Origin: Eledone cirrhosa
Taxonomy: Eukaryota
DNA: 64,000 nt
Reading direction: 5' to 3'
Assembly (NCBI GenBank): GCA_964016885.1
Contig: OZ024752.1
Location: forward strand, 25,544,001-25,608,000
In this document: piece after piece, positions 27,370 through 40,952 of the stretch
How the letters are laid out: each line of letters opens with the position of its first letter
How positions within the stretch are numbered: position 1 is the stretch's first letter
Notes under the pieces: model-generated
The model's database searches: none
What the model was told of the DNA's origin: nothing
Seen by the model: the letters and a program-made list of their open reading frames with translations, nothing else
Position numbers and translations under genes: made by a program

Positions 27370-27862
27370 TAATTTAATAAAATATAAAATTTAAATAAGT
27401 TTAAAAGCCTTACAGTGCGTACAAGATTAAAGGTGCCAAGGTAATAGGTGTTATAGAGGAAAAAATAAGGACACTAGAATTTTACCGTAACAAATTTAAT
27501 TATCTCAAAATATTTTGGGGTTTAAAAACCCATTATCAAGAGAGGATTCAAAGAACAATCTGAGAAGAGTTGTTCTTTGGCTAGCAGATTTAATTTAAAA
27601 GACCTTGTATAAAATATACTTATGCACACCAAGATATTATCTTAGTTATCTATGTTAGTTCATCCACCAAAATGTTTGTAATAAAAGAATTATTAATCTA
27701 AAAACTTGGCTTTGTACTCTTTTTATCTATATATACACAATATACAGAATAACAAAATATAAACAAACGTATTTATTTCACGAGGCTCGATAAGGACAAA
27801 TATATATCAAATATATAAGAACCCTAGAGCAAATCCCGAGCAATGCCGGGCCATTCTGCTAG
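27370..27862 (+). mobile_element. Non-autonomous Helitron-like element (3' end clear, 5' end uncertain)
   Basis: GC hairpin CCCGAGCAATGCCGGG followed by CTAG|T. A second Helitron-type end (GTGACCCAACGGGTCAC...CTAG|T) lies at 25499-25527 on the minus strand. Confidence 0.6.
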
Positions 27863-28005
27863 TACAATACTACAATTAGCTGTCATTTTTTATGGCACAG
27901 GGACAGCTAGTGTGTGTGTGTATATATATATATTTGATATATATTTATCCTTATCGACTCCTCTTTGGATTTTAGTCTTCAAATTTATTATTATTACTAT
28001 ATATA

Positions 28006-31000
28006 TCATCATCATCATCATCATCATCGTTTAACGTCCATGTTCCACGCTTGCATGGGTTTGGACGGGAGTTTTCCCACTTGAGGCAAGAGTGGTTGTC
28101 TTGCTCGCATAGGACTGTCTGGCGGGTTTTCTACAGTTGGATGCCCTTCCTAACACCAACCACATTTACAGTGTGGGGCTGGGAGGTTTTTACCGTGTTG
28201 CCTACACGGCCACATTACAGCGTGGACTGTCTGGCGGGTTTTCTACAGCTGGATGCCCTTCCTAACACCAACCACATTTACAGTGTGGGGCTGGGAGGTT
28301 TTTACCGTGTTGCCTACACGGCCACATTTACAGCGTGGACTGTGTGTTTTTTTTTGTCGTGACACCTACACGATCTCATATGTTTCGGCCTGGATGTTGT
28401 GGCACCAACATAACTTTACATTGAAAGGGGGCGGTGTGGATGGGTGGGGGTGGTGGGACGGGGGTGTATTTTGTTAGAGATGCCTACTGACTGTAGTAGG
28501 TTTTACTTTGTATTTAGGTAAGGCGGGTCTTCTCTATTACTGAGTACCGCCAAAGGTCTCGGTCCAGTGACATTGTCTTGGAGAGGTGTAAGTGTGTGAG
28601 GTCGGAATTTATCAGCTCATCCCAGGTTTTTCTGGGTCTGCCTACTCCGTGGCTACCGTCTATCTTTATTGCCCTGCACTTTGCTATACAGCTGTCGTCT
28701 TTCATGCGCATCACGTGACCATACCAACGTAGCCTTCTCTCGAGTAAACAACATCTGATCCCTCTTATTTCTAATTTTTTCCTTAGTTCGTTTATGCTTT
28801 GCCGTTCGCATATATTACTATTACACATCCAGTGGAGCATGCAAGCTTCGTTCCTCTCTAGTCTGCGTATATCCTCTGCACACAATGCCCAGGTCTCACT
28901 GCCATGCAACATTGCTGTTCGTATGCAGGCATCGTACAGCCTGCCTTTCATTTTTAGGGAGAACCCTTTAGCGGCTAATAGTGGTATAAGCTCTCTGAAC
29001 TTTTTCCATCCAGTTCTGACTCGAGCTACTGTACTTTCAGAGCACCCTCCCCCACTGCTGCTTTTGTCACCCAGGTAACGGAAGCTGTCCACTATTTCTA
29101 TAGAACCCTCTGCGCAATTGAAAGAGCTAGTATTTAGTGGGCACTTGCTGCTACTTATTGCACCAGAGCACCGGCCACATGTAAAATCTGTGTTCTTAGT
29201 TAGCTTACCTGTGATCCCACTACATCTTTTATGCACCCATACTTTGCATTGGGGACATAAAATGGAGTTTCTACCTACGCCTTTCCTACACACTGAGCAT
29301 GGCCATTTCCCGGAAGGGACCGGCGCCTTATTTTCTTTCCTACTAACTAGAACTTTAGTCTTAGCCAGGTTAATTTTAAGGCCTTTTGATTCTAGGACGT
29401 GCTTCCATGTTTGGAATTTCTTCTCTAGCTCGGCCATTGATTCAGTTATGAGCGTTAGATCATCTGCGTATAGGAGTTCCCATGGGCAGCCGGTTTTGAA
29501 CTCCTCTGTTATAGCCTGAAGGGCAATAATAAATAGTAGGGGGCTAAGAACAGAGCCCTGATGGACACCAACTTTTACGCTAAACTCTTGACTATATTCG
29601 TTGTTAATTCTAACCTTGCTCACTGTTTCTTTATACATAGCTTGTATAGCTCTCACAAGCCATTCGTCAACACCTAGTTTTCTAAGAGCCCACCAGATAA
29701 TGGAACGGGGGACTCTGTCGAAGGCTTTCTCCAAGTCGACAAAAGCTAAGTATAGGGGTTTACTTTTAGCTAGGTACTTCTCCTGTAGTTGTCGTACAAT
29801 GAAAAGAGCGTCTGTGGTACTTTTACCTGACACAAACCCGAACTGCATTTCATCTAGATCGATTCTCTCTGATTAGTTGCACTATTACTTTTTCCGTGAC
29901 CTTCATGACCTGGTCGATTAATTTAATGCCTCTATAGTTACTCCTATCTAGGGCGTCTCCTTTACCCTTGTAACAGTTAATGATGATGCTGCTACGCCAG
30001 TCCTTCGGAACAACCCCATTCTGTATGACTTGGTTTACTATCCGGGTGACCATGGTGTCTCCCACCGTTTCAGAGGCCTTCAGCATCTCAGCAACTATTT
30101 CCGAAGGCCCAGCCGCCTTACCCGTCTTCATATCTTTGATTGCCTTACTTATTATACTACCTTCAACTAACACTGCTGGTCCCTCTATTGGATCGATCTG
30201 GGGGAGACTATCCTTCTCCCATTTATTCTCCTCATTCAGTAGCCTCTCGTAGTGACACTTCCAAGCGACCTTCTTATCAGCGTCAGTGATGGCGAGTACG
30301 CCATCATCATTTAGTACACACTTCTCCCCAACAATATCACGGTTTTGGTCCTCGCGTTGTAGAACATGCTTGAACTTTCTTTCCTCTGCTTCCCTTCTTG
30401 CCAAGTACACTTGTCTCCTAGCTTCCCTCCTGGCCACTTGATAGTCTTCTCTACTTCCCCCATCCCGCCATACTTTCCAAGCCTGCTTTTTGGCCTTAAT
30501 CGACTCCTCCACCTTACTGTTCCACCACCATGTTACTCTCCTCCTGCCTATAGGCCTGCTCCGGCCACAGACTTCGTCTGCCGCCATCAGCAGGTTTGCT
30601 TTCAGGAATTCCCACTGTCCCTCTATATTGTCCGACTCTAAATGCTCTTCCTTACTGTTGAAAGCATCAAGTAATATGCTTTGAAATTTATTTCTGGCTG
30701 TGGGGTCCTTTAGCTTCCATATTTTTCTCCTGAGGATAGTCCTCTTCTGCTGTCGAGTACGTCTCGTCCTGACTATGAGGTCGCTAATTATCAGTCTATG
30801 TTGGGAGGTGCATTCTTCATGGGGGAGGGATTTAGTGTTTACAACAGTCACTCTGTCACGTCTTCTGGTAAGGATATAATCTACCTGGCTGGTATGTTCC
30901 CCTGATCTGTAGGTGATCAAGTGATTGTCTCGTTTTTTGAAGTTAGTGTTACAGATTGTTAGGTTATTTGATTCACAGAATTCCAGGATTCTGGAGCCTT

Positions 31001-31700
31001 CCTCATTTCTAGTACCAAACCCATAGCCTCCATGGATTTCATCATAGCCGTCACAATGTTGTCCAACGTGACCATTTAGGTCGCCAGCAATAATTATATA
31101 GTCACTGTCGGTTATTTGGGAGGTAGTGAGCATCAGTGTCTCATAGAAAGTGTCTTTTATAGCGCCAGGCAGTCCGGATTGGGGCGCGTACGCAGATATT
31201 ATCGTCACAGTAGTTCTATTTAGAACAAGTCTTATTTTAATTATTCTGTCGTTTACTCTATTTACGTCTATTATCTTATCCACCCATTTTTCTGCTAACA
31301 TGATTCCTATCCCACCCAGAAAAGCTTATAGCATCGTTTTTTACCCACAATGAATCTAGCAGACCCTCCCCTCCACCTGGTCTCTTGAATACAACAAACA
31401 TCGACCTCCTTACGTTCAAGCATTTCTACAACCTCGTTTGAGCGGCCTTTTAAGGTGCCTACATTCATGGTACCAACTCTGAAGTTTTGGATTGCGTTTG
31501 GTGGGTGGGGTGCAGGGAGGGGTGAGGTTGATGGGGTTGGGGTTATGTTGGCCATCCGCGGCCGCAACAAAGAGGGTGGGGCTTTGCCCTTCGTCCGGCA
31601 GCATGAGGTGAATTTGTCGTTATCTTTTGCATTGTCTTCGGGTGTCCAGATTCTTCTGACTCTCCAGAAATTCCCTAGTTCATCCATCATATCGAAAAAG
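28006..31700 (-). mobile_element. RTE-clade LINE, near full length, frameshifted
   Basis: One ancestral APE-RT ORF (MANITP...FRVGTMNVGTL...CCIQETRW...YADD...) now split into ORFs 31307-31690, 29850-31301 and 28514-29848. The 3' UTR has a ~112-bp tandem duplication (28112-28335) and a (GAT)n tail. Confidence 0.96.
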
Positions 31701-31767
31701 CAACCGGAAGTGTTAGCATATATATATATCTATATATATTGTTGTTATTATTATTATTAAGGCCAAG

Positions 31768-32165
31768 TAGGGCGGCGGATTGGCAGTATCGGTAGAGAGT
31801 CAGGCACCATGCTTTGCAGCATAGAGTTATGGTCCTTTACGGTCTGAGTTCAAATCCTGCCGACGTTAACTTTGCCTTTCATCCTTATGGGGTCGATAAA
31901 ATAAAGCACCAGTAACGTACTGGAGTTGATTTAATCGTTGTTCCCCTCCTCCAAAATTACTGGCCTTGTGCCTATACAAGAAATCATTGGCAGTATCAGT
32001 AGAGTGTCAGACGCCATGCTTTGATGCAGAGTTACGGCCCTTGCCATTCTGAGTTCAAATCCCGCCGAGGTTAACTTTGCTTTTCATCCTTACGGGGTCG
32101 ATAAAATAAAGTACCAGTAATACACTGGGTAATTGCTGGCCTTGTGCCAAAAGTAGAAACAATTA
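31768..32165 (+). mobile_element. Two tandem tRNA-derived SINEs with Deu/Nin-like central domain
   Basis: A box TGGCAGTATCGG, B box GAGTTCAAATCC, and GCCTTTCATCCTTACGGGGTCGATAAAATAAAGTACCAG core. Further copies at about 11340(+), 12170(-), 21670(-), 25610(-), 37385(-), 42800(+), 50920(-) and 62460(-). Confidence 0.85.
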
Positions 32166-34119
32166 AAAAAATATTTTGATCTCTAATATGGCGTTGAGTA
32201 CTCATTCTTACAACCATCAATATATATATATATATTTACCAATAGCACTAACACAGCGTGGTTTGTAATAGAGGTGGATATGAAGGCATATATATGATAT
32301 GGTTATGTATAATAAACACACAAGAGTCATGTTATATTTTAAGCTATGATTGTGAAACAGCTATCTTAGTAGCTGTTGAGAATGTCAGACATGTGTTTCT
32401 GGCATTGGTGACATTTACCCACTAGGTACTGTAACAAGATTAAACTATAGCTTATATATGTTTTTGTGTATGAAACATCAGCTGGTGATGCTCATTTGGA
32501 TATGATGTAAACTTGACCAAAAAGGACAGACAGAAAGCTAGATAAATAGGTAGTCAAACAGATTTTGTTACTTTTATTATCCGAAGATGGATCCATAGGT
32601 AGGTAGCTATAGACAACTATAGACAACTGTTGTTCTACTGCTGACCATCTTGTCAACACTGTGTCTGAGAGTGAATGAGGTAGGTGGAAATTATCAACGC
32701 GGATATATGCTCAAATTACCAGACAAATCTAGCACAAGGCAGTTGTCACATGATTTATGGGGTTTATCATTATGATATAGATAAATATATATATATATAT
32801 ACATTTTTTGAAGAAACAGGGGGCTGTGTGGTTGCTGGATAAAATCTATTTAGAAATAAGAGGAAAGCACGAATAGGGGATATTTCCCTTCACCAGTTGT
32901 CTGCTAGAGATCACGGACATTTCTACACATTAAAGACAATATGTCTAGCTCCAGTGCATCAATAACTAAAGGAAGTTATTGGGGAAAAAATATAACAAGA
33001 AAAAAAGAAAGAAAAGAAATGGAAAAAACATACCAAATAGGGAAACACGAAAAGCACAAGTATGTAAGCAACCAAAGAGAAAGTAAGACAGGTCAATATC
33101 AGCTACTGGACTTAAGAACGAGACTGTGTAGCCGGTGAATAAGGGAGCAAAAAAAACAGGTCTGACCTCCGCAAGAGTAGATGAAAAAGAGGCAGAGGTG
33201 AGAGAAGCAGCAGGGTAGCTAGTAGAGAGAGGGAGAGAAAGAAAGGGGAAGAGTTAATAGCAACAAAGTAGATAGGGAGAAAGAGAGAACAAGTCACAGC
33301 AAAAACTTAACATTTTTTGAAGAAACAGAGGGCTGTGTGGTTGCTGGAACCCTCACCACCTCCACCTACGCCTTCTGTGGTCTTCTTCTACTGAGTCTTC
33401 CACTAGGATCACCTGGCACTTCTTCACCCAGCAGTTATCTTCCATATGCATCACATGGCCATACCAACGTAGACTTCTCTCCTGCACACTACAGTTTATT
33501 CCTCTTATACACAGTTTCTCTTTCAACTCGTCCATGTTTGGTCTTTCATTCACATTGACATTGCACATCCATCAGAGCATGCTTGCTTCATTTCTCTCTA
33601 GCCTTTGTATATCCTCCGCAGTTGCTGCCCATGTCTCACTACCATGCAGCATCGTGCATCTCACACAGCATCATATAACCAACCTTGGAAACAATATAGG
33701 GTTTGAGAAAGAGGTAAAAAGAAAGAAAAAAAAATGAAAGAGATATATATCATCGCCACCCCATATACACTGCCACTCTCACTTTGTTGATTACAAATTC
33801 ATGTAAATGTAAAAACATCTCCAAAGTTGCTTCGGACAGAAGAGGGAAATGGAGACTTTTAAACCGTTGACTGCCGTGTATATTTTACACACCTACAGTA
33901 GCTGTGCCTACATGTATGTGAAATTTTTTTTTTTTTTTACTCTACTTTTTTTTTGACACTACTTTATTTTGATGGAAGATAATATTAGAGAAAAGCAATG
34001 AAGAATGACATGATGCTGAATGAAAACAAAAACAATATATACAAACACACACACATCGACTACAACTAAATATGGAATGATGGTGACAGGTTTTTTTTCC
34101 CAGTAAAATGATTATTTTT

Positions 34120-35234
34120 TCCCTCAGGGAAATGGCCTTGCTCAGTATGTAGGAAAGGTGTAGGTAGGAACTCCATTCTCTGCCCCAAATGCAAACAATG
34201 GGTACACAAGAGATGTAGCGGGATCTCAGGAAGCTTAATTAAGAATGCAGGCTTCACATGTAGCAGCTGTGCTGGGACAGCAAGCAGCAAACAGCCACAG
34301 GAAACAAGTACCACCAATCTCTGGGAGGGCTCTGTAGAAACAGTAGACAGCTTCTGCTACCTAGGTGACCGAATTAGCAGCGGAGGTGGGTGTTCAGAAA
34401 GTACAATAACTAGGGTAAGAACAGGATGGAAGAAGTTCAGGGAACTACTGCCACTGCTAGCTGCAAAAGGCTTCTCCCTCAAAATGAAAGGCAGACTGTA
34501 TGATGCGTGTATACGAACAGCAATGTTACATGGTAGTGAGACCTGGGCGCTGAAGGTGGAAGACTTACATAGATTAGAAAGAAACAAAGCCTGCATGCTC
34601 CGACGGATGTGTAATAGTAATATACGCGAATGACAAAGCATAAATGAATTGAGAGAGAGACTGAGCATAAGAGGAATCAAATGCTGTGTGCAGGAAAGGC
34701 GGTTGTGTTGGTATGAACATGTGATGCTTATGAAGGATGACAGCTGCATAAAAAGGTGCAGAGCACTAGAAGTCAATGGAAACCGCAGAGTGGGGAGACC
34801 CAAGAAGACCTGGGATGAGGTGATAAAAGCCGACCTTACCCAATTACACCTCTCAAAGGCGATGACAAACCACCGTGACCTCTGGCGTCACGCAGTAATA
34901 CAGAGTACCCGACCTCCCATGGGTACAAGCTGAAGCATATAGACAATATGCGCCCACACCCTCCCACTGCAAGGTGGTTGTGGAGGTGCTATGGCAAAAA
35001 AGCACCCAGCCCACACTATAAAGTGGACGTGTAGGCGCCACGGAAAAAAGCACCCAGCACTCACTGTAAATGAGGTTGGCGTTAGGAAGGGCATCCAGCT
35101 GTAGAAATCAAGCCAAAATCAGTTCCTGTATGAGCAAGGCATGGTCAGCCGACCAGACACTGCCCACACCAGGACAACCCATCTAACCCATGCTAGCATG
35201 GAAGAACGGACGTAAAACGATGACGATGATGATG
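34120..35234 (+). mobile_element. RTE LINE 3' fragment
   Basis: Starts at PSGKWPCSVC and runs to the (GAT)n tail. Near-identical reverse complement of 8150-9243. Confidence 0.93.
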
Positions 35235-35894
35235 AAACATTTATTAACAACACATATCTGAATGATTGACAAATGTTACATTAATAAACTAACCCCATCT
35301 AGCTTTGATGTAATAAACTGTTGGAAACGAGTTTATAACTTTGAAGTTATGAACTGTTGGAAAAGAGTTCAAACATATTAGGATGAGTTATCTCATTTAC
35401 GACACTGAAGAGGTTAAAGGCTGGTAATTTGCTCCAGTTTCATGGTGCCAAGTAAACAAGTTATAACTGTCTTCCTTCTGGATGTATTACTTACCAGTCT
35501 ATCACAGGGGTGACATTCCCAAATGATTTGGAAATCAGCGGAATGGTGAAGCAATGTAGAATGAAATGAAATGATCAGCACAGAAGTACGATGACATATT
35601 TGCATTAGATTTGAACTCAAGACCTATAATTAGGCAGTGAAGCTCTACACTGTCAAATAGATTAAGCTGCTAGACTAAAAGCAGCAGAAGGATTGGCAGA
35701 TCATACTCTGCTGTCAGTAGAGTATTAGAATTGATCTCATGACTTATGATTAGGTAATCAAGCAGTTTATCCACTGAAACTCAGCCATCTCAATCATACA
35801 CTGGTGAATCAATAAATTGCAAGACTAAAAGCTGCAGAAAAATTCGCAGATCATAATCTGTTACCAGCACAGCACTGTGTTCAAGAGTGGAGAT

Positions 35895-36077
35895 ACGAGG
35901 GTCAGCTGGAAAGTTCATAGGTTGACTAAGAAGGAGTGATGCTAGAGCTGTAGAATCTTGCATGTATTAATTTAACTCTTCTTGTTTCTTTCCAGGGACT
36001 ATATTGAAAAATAAACCGCATTTGGTCATTCCATTAGAGTATCTTGGTCAGCCTATGAAGTTTTCAGCCAACCCTTG
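35895..36077. mobile_element. mariner-type MITE
   Basis: TA-CGAGGGTCAGCTGGAAAGTTCATAGG...CCTATGAAGTTTTCAGCCAACCCT TIRs. Partial copy at 21970-22100. Confidence 0.78.
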
Positions 36078-36133
36078 TGTGTGTGTGTATATATATATAT
36101 ATAAAGAAATTTGTCTTCATATATATATATATA

Positions 36134-37168
36134 TCATCATCATTTAACGTCCATATTCTACGCTTGCATGGGTCTGGACGGGAGTTTTCCCACTTGAGGC
36201 AAGAGTGGTTGTCTTGCTCGCATAGGACTGTCTGGTGGGTTTTCTACGGCTGGTTGCCCTTCCTAACATCAACCACATTTATAGTGGGGAACTGGGAGGT
36301 TTTTACCGTGTTACCTACACGGCCACATTACAGCGTGGACTGTGTGTTTTTTTTGTCGTGACACCTACACGACCTCATTTGTTTCGGGCTGGATGTTGTG
36401 ACACCAACATAACTTTACATTGAAAGGGGTGGTGTGGATGGGGTGGGGGTAGTGGGACGAGGGTGTATTTTGTTAGAGGTGCCTACTGACTGTAGTAGGT
36501 TTCACTTTGTACTTAGGTAAGGCGGGTCTTCTCTATTACTGTGTAGCGCCAAAGCTCTCGGTCCAGTGACATTGTCTAGGAGAGGTGTAAGTGTGTGAGG
36601 TCGGAATTTATCAAGTCGTCGCAGGTTTTTCTGGGTCTGCCTACTCCGTGGCTACCGTCTATTTTTATTGCCCTGTACTTTTTTATACAGCTGTCGTCTT
36701 TCATGCGCATCACGTGACCATACCAACGTAGTCTTCTCTCAAGTAAACAACATCTAATCCCTCTTATTTCTAATTTCTCCCTTAGTACGTTTATGCTTTG
36801 CCGTTCACGTATATTACTATTACACATCCAGCGGAGCATGCAAGCTTCATTTCTCTCCAGTCTGCGTATATCCTCTGCACACAATGCCCAGGTCTCACTG
36901 CCATGTAACATTGCTGTTCGAATGCAGGCATCATACAGCCTGCCTTTCATTTTTAGAGAGAACCCTTTAGCGGCCAATAGTGGTATAAGCTCACTGAACT
37001 TTTTCGATCCCGTTCTGACTCTAGCTACTGTACTTTCAGAGCACCCTCCTCCACTGCTGATTTTATCACCCAGGTAACGGAAGCTGTCCGCTATTTCTAT
37101 AGAACCATCTGTGCAATGGAATGAGTTAGTATTCTGTGGGCTCTTGCTGCTACTTATTGCACCAGAGC
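36134..37168 (-). mobile_element. RTE LINE 3' fragment
   Basis: ORF 36576-37193 (FRYLGDKISSGGGCSES...RRLRWYGHVMRM) plus 3' UTR; (TA)n on both sides. Confidence 0.93.
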
Positions 37169-39094
37169 TATATATATATATATATATACACATACACTCA
37201 CAAGAGGTGCATCGTTTCTTTCTGACACCCTAACAACTTTGCCAATTGGCCATTTTGTATGTGGGTAAGCAGCAATTAAAAGGGTTAGCATTAGGAATGA
37301 GGACCAGCTGTAGAGAACTTCTTCAAAACGTTCTATTCAAGCTATGTCTGCCTGGAAAGTGGATATAAATACCATGATAATAATTGTTTCTACTTTTGGC
37401 ACAAGGCCAGCAATTACCCAGTACATTACTGGTACTTTATTTTATCGACCCTGTAAAGATGAAAGGCAAATACCATGATAATAATGATGTATCTGTGTTG
37501 TATCATCATCGTTTAACGTCCATTTTCCCTGCTATCATGGGTTAGACGGGTTGTCCTATTTAAGGCAAACCGGGTCAGGTGACCGTCTCTTGCTCATATA
37601 TATGTGTATGTGTTCACCTATTTGTAAATATGAATGTGTGAGCAAAAGTATATTATGTGTGCACAAAAATGTGCATGTGTGTGTGTGGAAGGGTGTTGCA
37701 TGTCTGTGACTATGTATCCACATTTATATTGTCACCCCACCCTTGCCTCCATACACATGTATGTATACACACCCCACACAGATAACTCTGAACAGATCTT
37801 TGGCAGAAGTTGACTTTATGACAGTAATGTATTAGCATATTGCTAGAGACAATTCATAAGAAACATATGCAACAAACAATATTTAAAGACGCATGACAGT
37901 CAAATATTAGCATATTCACAGAAACAATCCATATTGAACACATGCAACAAATGATTCTATCGACCCAGGCAGATGCTGTGAGGTAATGTCTTAACTTTTA
38001 TGCCAACGACAACCCTGATAATGATATAGGGGCAGGTGGTATTTATCATTTTACTTTGTCTAGTAGTCCTTCCTCTTCTCCCTTTCCTTTCATTTATGGC
38101 ATTTATAGTCCTTTCCAATACTGCTTTCTTTTTCTGTATGTTTAACCAATTTACAGTTTTACTTATTTCTTCTTGCTTCAGGGTTGATGATCATAAGAGA
38201 TTATCATAACATAATCCACTATAATTAAAATAATTCCAATTTCTTATATTTTGAGAGAACCAGTCTTTGTAAGTTTTTTTTCTTTATTCCTAAAATCCTT
38301 ATATCTTTCACCAAACTAGCCTGCAGGGATTTTAGACAGCTTATACAAATTATATGTGTGTGCGTATGTATATATACACATACATTTACACACACATATG
38401 TCTCACTCCGTTTTCTACTTATACTCTCGCTTTTTAATCATTATCTCCTCTATTCACCCACATTCAATCATGTTTGCTTTGAGAGGAGAAGCACTATAGA
38501 GTTGAGAGAACATTTTAGTTTTGCATGGAACAAGGCAATTTCACTCTCTCTCTTGAGCTAGTGCCACAATAAAATACACCAGGTACACTCTGTAAAGCGA
38601 CTTGCAAACAGAGACAACAAACCTATTTCTAGATATTTTTTGCTCAATCATAACAGACAGAATGAAGTGAAACATGAAAGCATCAAAGAACGTATCCAAG
38701 AGTCCCTGTGACTAGCAACCAGCTACTACTACTACTATTAAAGATATGACAACCTTCTAAGTGTTGGTGTGACAATTAAATGCACTCGGTGAACTTTGTT
38801 GAATGTGGGGAACATGTACAGGTGACATGCAACACCTAGCCTATCCATGAGGTCAATAGCTTTGATTGAGTATTGACACAGTTTGTGATGACCCACCAAA
38901 ATCTTGCTAGCAGAGAAAGTGGGCGTTAAATAATTATATATAAAAATAAAAATTGTTGAACCCTAAGCATTTACATCGCTTGACAATGAATTTTGCCTCT
39001 GGGATGATACACATATAGGGTTCCTTTATTTTAAGGTACTCTGATGTGATCTGCCCTCTAGTAAATTCTGAGCCTTATTTGAGATAGATCAATA

Positions 39095-40013
39095 TTTGGC
39101 TATGGAAACAGCAGTTGGAATTAAGAGTACTGAGAGTGAACCTAGCTAAGACAAAAGTGTTGATAAGTAGAAAAGAGGACAACATTCTGATTCTGTCAGA
39201 GAAATGGCCATGTTCGATATGTAGAAAAGGAACTGGCATAAATTCTATAAAATGTACACAATGCAGATCTTGGGTACACAAGAGATGTAGTGGGATAGCA
39301 GGCAAACTAACAGGTAGGGAGAAATACGTATGCAGTAAATGTAGAGGGAAATTTGACAGAAGTTGCAGTGATAGACACATTTTTAAAATGCAGGTAGGAC
39401 CTATAGAAGTGGTTGATAGCTTCCAGTACCTAGGTGATCAGATTAGCATGAGAGGGAGGGGGGGTTCCAAGGCCATAGTATCTAGAATAAGGACGGGTTG
39501 GAAGAACTTTAGGGAGCTGCTTCCTCTGCTGACAAAGAAGGGTTTCTCCCTGCATACGAAAGGCCAGTTATATGATAGCTGTGTGAGATGCACGATGCTG
39601 CATGGTAGTGAGACATGGGCAGCAACTGCAGAGGACATGCGACGGCTGGAGAGAAATGAAGCAAGCATGCTCTGTTGGATGTGTAATGTCAATGTACGCA
39701 AACGACCAAGCATGGAGGAGTTGAGAGAGAAACTGTGGAAAAGAGGGATAAGTTGTAGTGTGCGGGAGAGAAGACTGCGATGGTATGGACATGTGATGCG
39801 CATGGAGGATGACCGCTGGGTAAAGAAGTGGCAAGAAATGCCAGTAGAGGAAGACCACAAAAAACATGGGCGGAAGTGGTGAGAGCGGACCTCAGATCGC
39901 TGAAACCCACGGAGGAGATGACAAAGGACCGTGAAAAGTGGAGAGATGCTGTGCTGAATAGGACCCGTTCCACCCTTGCAAGAAGGGAAAAGCGGATGTA
40001 TGATAATGATGAT
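39095..40013 (+). mobile_element. RTE LINE 3' fragment, second subfamily with short 3' UTR
   Basis: ORF 39115-39882 with KWPCSIC...WVHKRC...CSKC and FQYLGD. Related fragments at 21105-21470(-), 26975-27150(+) and 33350-33670(-). Confidence 0.9.
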
Positions 40014-40204
40014 ATATATATATATATATATATATATTGTGAGATCTGCCCATAGGCAGATCTCACCCAATGCAGCCTCGACAGATGAATACTGCTTGAT
40101 TATGGCTGACAACTGATGCAACTAAGACACCATAGTAAAAACCAATATATGGAACATTATATTATGTAACATTATCCCATTATTTTAATTTATATTCCTT
40201 TGAA

Positions 40205-40320
40205 GTTCCGATGAGCCACTCTATCTTTTAAATATGTTAATTATTTTCAACTGAACCAGATCAATTATGATAGTCATCTGATCCAGAAATATTATATGGA
40301 GTAGCGAAACAACTGTAAAT
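40205..40320 (+). ncRNA. Putative hammerhead ribozyme, CCGAUGA variant with long stem II
   Basis: GUU-CCGAUGA-GCCACUCUA...UGGAGUAGC-GAAA-CAACUG-UA^-AAU. Confidence 0.5.
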
Positions 40321-40599
40321 GGACATTATTATTATTAATATTATTATTATTATTCTCTACATTCCTTACATCAAACTAAAATATGTTGACAATCTTTTAA
40401 TAATGTCTTCCTTGTGAAATTTGTGGTCTTGTTTTGCTTAACTAATGAATATATATATATATATATCATTGTTGTTTTAACGTCCACTTTCTCTAACAAG
40501 GGTATATATATATATGAATGGACCTGTTATTTTTATCTAAAGACATTTTTTCCAATTCCATCCCACCCGTCCCCGCAATCTATTTTATTTCTCATTCTT

Positions 40600-40635
40600 T
40601 CTTCTGATGAAGGACTAATGTCCGAAATGTTAAGA
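40600..40635 (+). ncRNA. Minimal Penelope-type hammerhead motif
   Basis: UCUU-CUGAUGA-A-GGAC-UAAU-GUCC-GAAA-UG-UU^-AAGA. A homolog at 2675-2710 retains GAAACGUU but has a decayed stem II. Confidence 0.6.
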
Positions 40636-40864
40636 CCCTCTTCCTGCTATATCAAGCGTTAACCTAATATATACCCTATTTAATATAATCTTAGGGAGTC
40701 GGGGATTGACAGCTGAGCTCTAGCTATTTTGACAGCAAATTCCAGACAGATTTTCGGTCAAAACAGCAACATCTCAGCCACCGGCCTCCATCTCTCTAAT
40801 ATCCCAAATATTGAGTACTTAGCTGAATAATAGACCTGCTAGTTTAAAACTGGTAAAATCCTGA

Positions 40865-40910
<46 letters not shown>

Positions 40911-40952
40911 TTATATATATATATATGTATACACACACACACACATACATAT

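Noticed and set aside
31768-31870. tRNA genes (also 63255-63330)
   Set aside because: A and B boxes run into SINE bodies present in many copies; no complete cloverleaf.
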